Shown one piece after another: positions 57,459 to 64,000 of a stretch of DNA of 64,000 nt. Under the pieces are notes generated by a model, which saw only the letters and a list, made by a program, of their open reading frames with translations, was not told the origin of the DNA and did not search any database. The stretch's first letter is position 1, and every line of letters starts with the position of its first letter. Origin of the DNA: a virus; IMG/VR virus record IMGVR_UViG_3300045988_180190. The stretch is one strand, 5' to 3'. A program made the translations under genes and the position numbers.

Positions 57459-60275
57459 TTAAGAGTAATCTCCAGATATTTGATATTGTACATCGCACTG
57501 TCCCCCGCCATAATCCACACCACATTCTCCGGGCATGGTGGAGCCGTCGGGGAATGTTACTGTCATACCCCTAGTAATGGTTTTTGTAGTACTAAAGGTC
57601 AGACTTGGAATATTATTTTGAGCGGGCAATGTCCATGTTGAAGTATCACCTGCCGATCCGGTCTCCGCTCCGGACCAATTCGGTTCCAGGTCTTCGTTCA
57701 ACACAGGGGTGGTTGTTTGTCCGTGATTATAAGTTAACGCACGTTGGCTTTGTCCATTTAAGGTTATCATGGAATTTGAGTAATACACTGAACCTCCTGA
57801 AGTTGTACATCTTATGTATATTTGGGTGGTGTCGGGATTATACCCAATTCCTGATAATCCCTGCTCGCAATAATCCGAACATGGCCTACTTCCCGTAAGA
57901 GTCCGTAAATTGTACGACTTAATGGGAAGACGCGTACCGGCGTCAACCCATTCCACCTGGGCGCAGGGGGTGTAACGAAAATCATATTCATTTTCCCACG
58001 TAATACGAATACCATCTTGAACAGGTCTTTTACCACTTACAATAACGGTTTTGTAACTTAAGCCATATGGAACCGATTGGCCTCCGCCGCCTCCGCCGCC
58101 TCCTGGCTTATTGTTATTGCTTCCACCGGAACCTGTAAGATCGGTTATTTTATCATCTTCAAGATTAGGGTTACCCGTAATCGTACCGTCGTACCATTCG
58201 CTGGATGACAAAGCTTGCTGTAATTCTTCTTTCCATTTTCCAAGCAGAAACGGCACTCGTTTAGTCGCACCATAATCCCCGCCGGTATTTTCCGTATAAC
58301 CTACACATTCTTCCGAATCTTGAAAAAACTCTTTAGCAGGTTCATAAAAAGAGTCTTGCTGAATTTGCAGTCGGCAATAATTGGAAGGCGTTACAGTCGT
58401 AACTGTGCAGGGCGTATAGGAATAAGATGGCTCACCCGCACCACAAACACACCCTGCAATAGGATCATAGACGCACCCACGCGCCGGAATGGAAATTTCC
58501 CCGCAACAATCCGCTAACTCCGATGACGCTACGGTCGGTTGACAGGTCTGTCCATTTGGGGCGTTGCACTGCGCTTGAATATCTAGAGTGGCTAAGTTTC
58601 TGGCGAAAACGATGCCCGCAAAATCATCATTATACATGCCTCCCGGATAAGAATATCCATTGCAAACGCTGACATTTGCTGACTCACAATTCATTAAAGC
58701 GTTTTTTACGGCAGGCTGTTTGATAAATTCGTCCGGAATATCCGTGTTAGGAAAAGTAGTGGGATCATCCATATCCACAACGCAAAAATATGCGGTTGAT
58801 GAATCTTCATAATAAACATTACAGCCTGCAAAGTTTGGATCGTCGGGCACTTCGCTTTCCGGAAGTTCTTCCTTCAAAGCCTCCCAGCACTCTTGAATAG
58901 CGTCAAATAAAGCACCGCTAACGATTAGATTGTCACGCATTACGGGAGAATTTAATAAAAACTGTGCATAAGAAGGGCGTATTACAACTAAAGTTTTTAA
59001 ATCTCCCGAAGGATCAGTCCAATTAGGTATAGAAAACATGCTATGCTTGGACCAGAGTTCGTCATCCTTCCAAATGACATCTCCTGATGGTGATGTATAT
59101 GTATTGATATCCTCGCAACATATATCCGTTGCTTCCGCACTCTCCTGCCACAAGGAACACAAAGCCGGTTCCACAACTTTGTAAACGTCGCTATCAGAGT
59201 CGGGAGACAACGTAGCTAAAACATTATAGTGCCATTGAAACACTTCGTTAAACGCCGCCAAGTCACGTTGAGACGGACCGAACGTTACCGTCATCGAGGT
59301 GTCAAATCTGTAAACGCAACAATCAAATACAATAGGACCGCTATCAGGATCATCTGGATTAACGGCGGTTGTACAAAAAATATCTGATACGCAAGGTTGT
59401 CCATTAGTCTGGTTAATATTATTTTCTATTGAAGTTATATCTTTAAAAGCTTCCGCCAATTTTTTTTGGGCTTCATCAGTGGATCTTCCAAGCCGTGCAA
59501 ATGCTGCAGCCGTAATAGCCGAAAGCGCGTTGCCAGAAGGTCTGCCGTTTGAATCTTTATCACGACTGAGACTAATTGAGTTGCCTCTCATTGGGAAGTT
59601 TTGATCATGCGTAGTTCCGGGCATTTTTACGGGAAACCAATAAGCAGGCAAATCATTGTAAAACGGCATATTACTAAAACTATTACCTGGATGAGATACT
59701 TCTGTCCAACTTCCTTGATCGTTTTCCTCCGTCAGCATCCAAAAACAATTTAAATCGGCATTACTTCTTATGGTCCGTCGCAAAACCTCATCCTTAGTAT
59801 ATGTTGTAAATGTTGTTTCGCCCGTTTCGCTATCTATGACCGCTTCCGGTTGTTGAATTGTGATCGTTGCGCATTGACACCCAGTATCCCCTGGAGTAAA
59901 TGTGATTCCATTACAATAATATAAGATATTTTGTAAAGTCTCTCCCAAGGTGCCGCTTATTCGTACTGGTACAGTTCCCTCCCATGTGCTCCCCGGTGTG
60001 AATTGTAACGAAGATAAAGCCTCATCGGAAATGCCCAGAAAAGTTTCACCGGTGTCCACCTGACTTAACACATAAACCCTTCCCACACTGTCGGAAGCCA
60101 TGGGGATGGTGATGGGATTAATTATCGTTTTCTTCCTGATAACCTGAAACGCAGGGGAACGGTTTAAGACAGTAACTTGAGAAATCTCCCCTTCTTCTGG
60201 CAAGTTAACATCAGAGTTAAACAGCCCAATGTCCGTAATTCTTTGAATATAATCTTCCCAACTTATGCAAGCCAT
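57459..60275 (-). CDS. Very large Cys-rich virion-module protein
   Basis: About 938 aa from the ATG at 60275; the track start at 60347 overlaps the upstream gene. It has many Cys residues and a GGGGGGG linker. No catalytic motif recognised. Confidence 0.6.
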   Translation of the reverse strand: MACISWEDYIQRITDIGLFNSDVNLPEEGEISQVTVLNRSPAFQVIRKKTIINPITIPMASDSVGRVYVLSQVDTGETFLGISDEALSSLQFTPGSTWEGTVPVRISGTLGETLQNILYYCNGITFTPGDTGCQCATITIQQPEAVIDSETGETTFTTYTKDEVLRRTIRSNADLNCFWMLTEENDQGSWTEVSHPGNSFSNMPFYNDLPAYWFPVKMPGTTHDQNFPMRGNSISLSRDKDSNGRPSGNALSAITAAAFARLGRSTDEAQKKLAEAFKDITSIENNINQTNGQPCVSDIFCTTAVNPDDPDSGPIVFDCCVYRFDTSMTVTFGPSQRDLAAFNEVFQWHYNVLATLSPDSDSDVYKVVEPALCSLWQESAEATDICCEDINTYTSPSGDVIWKDDELWSKHSMFSIPNWTDPSGDLKTLVVIRPSYAQFLLNSPVMRDNLIVSGALFDAIQECWEALKEELPESEVPDDPNFAGCNVYYEDSSTAYFCVVDMDDPTTFPNTDIPDEFIKQPAVKNALMNCESANVSVCNGYSYPGGMYNDDFAGIVFARNLATLDIQAQCNAPNGQTCQPTVASSELADCCGEISIPARGCVYDPIAGCVCGAGEPSYSYTPCTVTTVTPSNYCRLQIQQDSFYEPAKEFFQDSEECVGYTENTGGDYGATKRVPFLLGKWKEELQQALSSSEWYDGTITGNPNLEDDKITDLTGSGGSNNNKPGGGGGGGGQSVPYGLSYKTVIVSGKRPVQDGIRITWENEYDFRYTPCAQVEWVDAGTRLPIKSYNLRTLTGSRPCSDYCEQGLSGIGYNPDTTQIYIRCTTSGGSVYYSNSMITLNGQSQRALTYNHGQTTTPVLNEDLEPNWSGAETGSAGDTSTWTLPAQNNIPSLTFSTTKTITRGMTVTFPDGSTMPGECGVDYGGGQCDVQYQISGDYS

Positions 60276-60282
60276 ATTCCAA

Positions 60283-62688
60283 CTACAAATTATCGGGGAT
60301 AAAAACGCAATATTGATTTTCACACTGGCTTGAGCATTCGCCATCAAGAGTTATAGATAAAGACGAACCTCCGCCTCCACCCATCCAGTCTGCACACATA
60401 CAAACCGCCATAGCATTATGAGCAATGACCGCCTGCCTATCTGCATTTGTTGGTGTATCCGCAAAATACGTATTAGCTGGTATTTCAGGTGGATTTATAT
60501 TATTAGAAAAAGGTACACAGCTTCCAATTTTTACAGAACAGTCCTCCTCGTAAATTGTAATATTTCCATACAAGCAACTAATGCTAGATCTGGCTTGAGC
60601 TAGAGCCTGCTCGTTTACAAGTCCTTGAATATCCGAGGGAGTCATCACGGAACCTTCATCTATTGTATCCTGGTAAAGTTCTATAAAAGATTTTGCCGCA
60701 ACTGACGCAGAAACAATACCTACACTTTCATCTGCAAGACGCTCGGTAATTTGAGAGTAACCGCCTGTGTTCTGTTGGGAGTTAAACGGATATCCTTCTG
60801 ACTCAACGGAAGTTATGGAACACTGATCTGAACTTGAAGTAAAGTTATACTTGGCAGATATTGGACTATCCGCATTGTGAACACATGCGGAGGAAGAATA
60901 GCTATTAGCTCCTTCTCCGGTGGGATAATTCGCTATGCCCATTGGATAACATTGCCATGGGTCATATGTAACGGATACGTTCTCAGTGGGACCTTTAACT
61001 TTCTGATCCTGCGGATAATCATGCTCCCAAAGAAATACGCCGTCCGGATAAAATGATCTGCGATACTGCAATCCCGCATCGGAGAGATAATCCTGAACGC
61101 TCATTGCTAGCTTAAGTTGGCTGTCTGGAACGTCGGTATTCACTGCTTTTGCTATAATAAGATTATTAGCATTATTAGTGATATAAAATCTAAAGTAGTT
61201 TGTGGTGTCCCCTATGTTCTCGGTATCCCTAAATATTATAACGTCACCAGAATTCTCTGCGGCTGTCTGTGCTGTTAATTTATCGCAATATAGGTTAATC
61301 GTATTATTATAAATTCCGCAATTATATGAGGTATAAGCACTCTTTCTTTGGTCAATCTGTTCGTATATATTATTATAAATAGTCCGAGCACTACTGTTGG
61401 ATAACTCAAAATTTAATATATATGAATGTTTTCCAGAAGAAACCGGACTAGAAGGTGTCAGTGTCATGTCAGATGTATTTTCGGATATGACAAAGATATT
61501 TGAATCTATTGTAGAATTTATATCATCATCTATCATAGACTCATAACCCGTAGGGCAACTTATAGATAACGCAGTATTTCCGTAGTTACAAGTAGAAGCA
61601 CTTTGTAGTGCTGTCTTGGCTTGCTGATTTACCGAAGTTAATAAGTCGTAGGCAAGCTCTTTTAATTTTGTCTCAATTTCAGAGGTATCCCCATATAATT
61701 TTAAATTCCAGTTTTGATTCACAAAAAAAGCACTATAGAAAGTCGATAGGTTCTTAACAAAACTTCCTATAGGCATTATTTGGGGATCTCCTAAAACATT
61801 TTGAACTAAATTACCTTGATTTATTGAATCAGGCAAAGAACCACAGGAAACTTCATATCTTTCATTACCATAAGTACAAGATAGCCCACTTACGGCTCTT
61901 GCAAATAATTGAGATTTTAATGATTTATCGTAGGAATTAAAATTATTATTAGCTGTCCTTATATTTCCTTGGGCAGTTACTTCAAGATCATCTGAGTTAA
62001 AATTAACTGTAATATCTCCTTCAGGAATAATGGATTTCCTGGAACCTATGGTCAAAGATTCTAGATCAATCGAAGTCTGATCTTCTTCTGACTGCGCCTC
62101 AGAGGGACACTCTAACTCGTATGGGTTGTTCTCATAACCGCAGACTATCTGAGATAGAGCAAGTTCTTTAGCAAGAATATTCATTTCCAGCTGGGTTGAT
62201 TCCTGGCGGGAACTGGTTGGATTTCTAAGCGTAGTAATAAATGTTCCCTTCCCTATGGTTACGCTATCATTCAAAAATCCATAATATTTCGTGTCCGCTT
62301 GGCTAAAATAATCATCATAAGCTTCTTTGCATGTTATAGTTATTTCATCATTCCCTACTGGAACTATAACATCTGGTTTAATATTAACCTCCGGTGTGGC
62401 ATCCGGTACAACTAACCCTGTATCATCCAATACACAAGGATTATATGGATTTGGATCACAAGAATTATTCTTTCTTAATGCGCGAAATTCTTCTATAATC
62501 TTTTTCACCTTAGACCTTGGATAATTACCTGAAGGTGAAATAGCTGAGTCTATACCACAATCATTTAAAGCTTCTGTCTTTTCAGACAGAGTGGTGAGGT
62601 ATTTTAAATGCTTATTAGATTCAGATTTTAAGGTGTTATCTGAATCATTAAGATTTCCGTTTTGATTTACATTAAAACTCTTTGCCAT
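60283..62688 (-). CDS. Very large Cys-rich virion-module protein
   Basis: 801-aa ORF with a recurring ...C.YGN... pattern (SCTYGNERYEVSCGS, TCNYGNTALSISCPT, SCLYGNITIYEEDCS, VCGYENNPYELECPS) and a GGGGGS linker near the C-terminus. Confidence 0.6.
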   Translation of the reverse strand: MAKSFNVNQNGNLNDSDNTLKSESNKHLKYLTTLSEKTEALNDCGIDSAISPSGNYPRSKVKKIIEEFRALRKNNSCDPNPYNPCVLDDTGLVVPDATPEVNIKPDVIVPVGNDEITITCKEAYDDYFSQADTKYYGFLNDSVTIGKGTFITTLRNPTSSRQESTQLEMNILAKELALSQIVCGYENNPYELECPSEAQSEEDQTSIDLESLTIGSRKSIIPEGDITVNFNSDDLEVTAQGNIRTANNNFNSYDKSLKSQLFARAVSGLSCTYGNERYEVSCGSLPDSINQGNLVQNVLGDPQIMPIGSFVKNLSTFYSAFFVNQNWNLKLYGDTSEIETKLKELAYDLLTSVNQQAKTALQSASTCNYGNTALSISCPTGYESMIDDDINSTIDSNIFVISENTSDMTLTPSSPVSSGKHSYILNFELSNSSARTIYNNIYEQIDQRKSAYTSYNCGIYNNTINLYCDKLTAQTAAENSGDVIIFRDTENIGDTTNYFRFYITNNANNLIIAKAVNTDVPDSQLKLAMSVQDYLSDAGLQYRRSFYPDGVFLWEHDYPQDQKVKGPTENVSVTYDPWQCYPMGIANYPTGEGANSYSSSACVHNADSPISAKYNFTSSSDQCSITSVESEGYPFNSQQNTGGYSQITERLADESVGIVSASVAAKSFIELYQDTIDEGSVMTPSDIQGLVNEQALAQARSSISCLYGNITIYEEDCSVKIGSCVPFSNNINPPEIPANTYFADTPTNADRQAVIAHNAMAVCMCADWMGGGGGSSLSITLDGECSSQCENQYCVFIPDNL

Positions 62689-62759
62689 GTAACAAAAAAA
62701 TAAAGGTGGTATTATATCTCATACACTACCCAAAAACTCAATCGCCCACTTGTCAACTC

Positions 62760-63995
62760 TTAAATTTCTACTCGTGTAAATCCAAGTTCTGTACTTAAAT
62801 TTCCAGCCGACAAATTATGGCTTACAGTAGATAATATACCTTTAAACAATTTTCCTCCTCCCCGAGCACTGACTTGCACGAAATCTCCAATATCTGCATC
62901 TATATTTGACATAAATGGGCACACAAGCCCCGCAACCGAGGTGGAATACTTATGCTTAAAAAATTCCTGTCTAGCTAAATACGATAAAGTTTCATTGCTG
63001 GATTTTATATTTTTCTCTGCTTGTTTTATTGCTTTATTAGCTGTCTCGATTGTTTGACTAGGGTTCCTTGCTGCATCTGGATCTGTGGTAGTATTGCTAT
63101 CTACTCCTACAGTATACCCCACAGAAAACCATCCCGGAGCCTCTAAGTTATATACCCTTCCTAATTTTTCTTCTGCCTTTTCCGGATAGCTGGCTGAAAT
63201 CCAAGTAGTATAACCGTTTGTAATTTTATTTTGTTCAACAATAACAGGTGACTCAGCTACGACAATGGTTGGAGGAAGATCATTACCCAAAGCACGCCCA
63301 ACGGATAATTTTGCGGTAGTAACTGGTAATGACAATTCAGTTTGGTCACTTCCTTCATAGTCCCAACTCTTAAATATTCCCATATCCCCTGTTTTATGAT
63401 TTGGAATATACCACAATAAGAATTCAGAGGATAGTTGATTTAATAATTTCGAAAAAATTCCTCCACCCCTATCAAATATACAACTTGCTATCGTATTATC
63501 TATTGCGCGACTAACAGTATCATTTATATTAGCATTTCCGTTTAATATTGCAGTAGTGTCGTCGCTTTGGGTTAAAAATTGTCTAGCATATCTAAAAAAA
63601 GAATCATTAATACCCTTCTGGGATTCTAATGCAGCTAAAGTTCCGTTAGATAATCCCACTGAGGATATTTGATATTGATTCTTCGCGTTTGACACCAGAT
63701 CCAAGACACGCTTCGCCACGGAAGCATTATTCCCTCCTGTATTTTTTAGCTGCCACACCCAAAAGTGATCTTGAGACTTAGAACCTTTATAGTCTGAAGC
63801 TATATTGTACATTTCTTGATTCAAATCTATAAATTTCATGTACAGAGAAGGGTCCACTAAGTCTACTAGAATATCCGGGCTGGTTGCAGATATCGAAGCT
63901 ATTAAGCCTCCTGAAGTTGAAGCTACAATATCACAAGAGGTGACTACAAGTTTTGAATAAGAAATTTCACTTGACTCCCCATCGTACATACTCAA
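62760..63995 (-). CDS. Virion-module hypothetical protein
   Basis: 411-aa ORF at the start of the visible structural gene train. No motif recognised. Confidence 0.55.
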   Translation of the reverse strand: MSMYDGESSEISYSKLVVTSCDIVASTSGGLIASISATSPDILVDLVDPSLYMKFIDLNQEMYNIASDYKGSKSQDHFWVWQLKNTGGNNASVAKRVLDLVSNAKNQYQISSVGLSNGTLAALESQKGINDSFFRYARQFLTQSDDTTAILNGNANINDTVSRAIDNTIASCIFDRGGGIFSKLLNQLSSEFLLWYIPNHKTGDMGIFKSWDYEGSDQTELSLPVTTAKLSVGRALGNDLPPTIVVAESPVIVEQNKITNGYTTWISASYPEKAEEKLGRVYNLEAPGWFSVGYTVGVDSNTTTDPDAARNPSQTIETANKAIKQAEKNIKSSNETLSYLARQEFFKHKYSTSVAGLVCPFMSNIDADIGDFVQVSARGGGKLFKGILSTVSHNLSAGNLSTELGFTRVEI

Positions 63996-64000
63996 TTGCA

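Noticed and set aside
60275-60347. The 65-nt overlap between the 801-aa and 962-aa ORFs as a programmed frameshift or fusion
   Set aside because: An in-frame ATG at 60275 lies 7 nt after the upstream stop, which matches the tight spacing seen throughout. No slippery heptamer is evident. A simple start-codon reassignment explains the overlap.
1-64000. CRISPR arrays, rRNA genes, integrase/excisionase, reverse transcriptase (DGR or retron)
   Set aside because: I scanned for regularly spaced 25-40-bp repeats and for the usual catalytic motifs (R..H..R..Y, YxDD) in the translated ORFs and found none. The only short direct repeats are the 38-bp pair, the 3 x 20-bp unit and the IS ends. I therefore cannot call this a prophage or a defence island.
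1-64000. Alternative genetic code (stop-codon reassignment), as seen in some large gut phages
   Set aside because: With the standard code, the window is almost fully tiled by long uninterrupted minus-strand ORFs, including genes of 2-3 kb. There is no sign of in-frame stops needing recoding, and none of the four tRNAs is a suppressor.

Overview
This window looks like a segment of a large, AT-rich tailed-phage (Caudoviricetes) genome or prophage. Genes are tightly packed and almost all lie on the minus strand.

Layout, left to right:
- 0-16 kb: DNA and nucleotide metabolism. This includes a partial SF2-like helicase, Rad50/SbcC-like and Mre11/SbcD-like proteins, a PolB-exo-like exonuclease, a dCMP deaminase, a one-polypeptide kinase-phosphatase-ligase RNA repair enzyme (bacterial Pnkp architecture) and a metallophosphoesterase. 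There are four tRNAs, all with U at position 34, and an ORF-free, locally GC-enriched spacer between two of them.
- 16.8-22.8 kb: an accessory block with raised GC and strong Shine-Dalgarno sites. It holds a canonical pentapeptide-repeat protein, a tandem array of six paralogous genes of unknown function that appear translationally coupled, a Lar-like restriction-alleviation protein, Cys-rich coiled-coil paralogs and a methyltransferase remnant.
- 22.8-28.8 kb: two IS200/IS605-family elements (tnpA+tnpB, and tnpB only) in direct orientation. They bracket a cassette encoding membrane proteins, a lipoprotein and a beta-helix repeat protein.
- 28.8-32.2 kb: the terminase large subunit is a fractured gene. 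Its two halves are transcribed divergently, and each carries one part of an atypical split intein inserted in the Walker A loop.
- 32-41 kb: thymidylate kinase, a small island of about 50% GC bounded by hairpins, and a 1021-aa protein of unknown function.
- 41-64 kb: virion module with mosaic tail fibres, baseplate-like proteins, an embedded sigma-70-family factor and very large Cys-rich proteins.

I saw no CRISPR array, rRNA, integrase or reverse transcriptase. All functional calls rest on motifs read by eye, not on searches.
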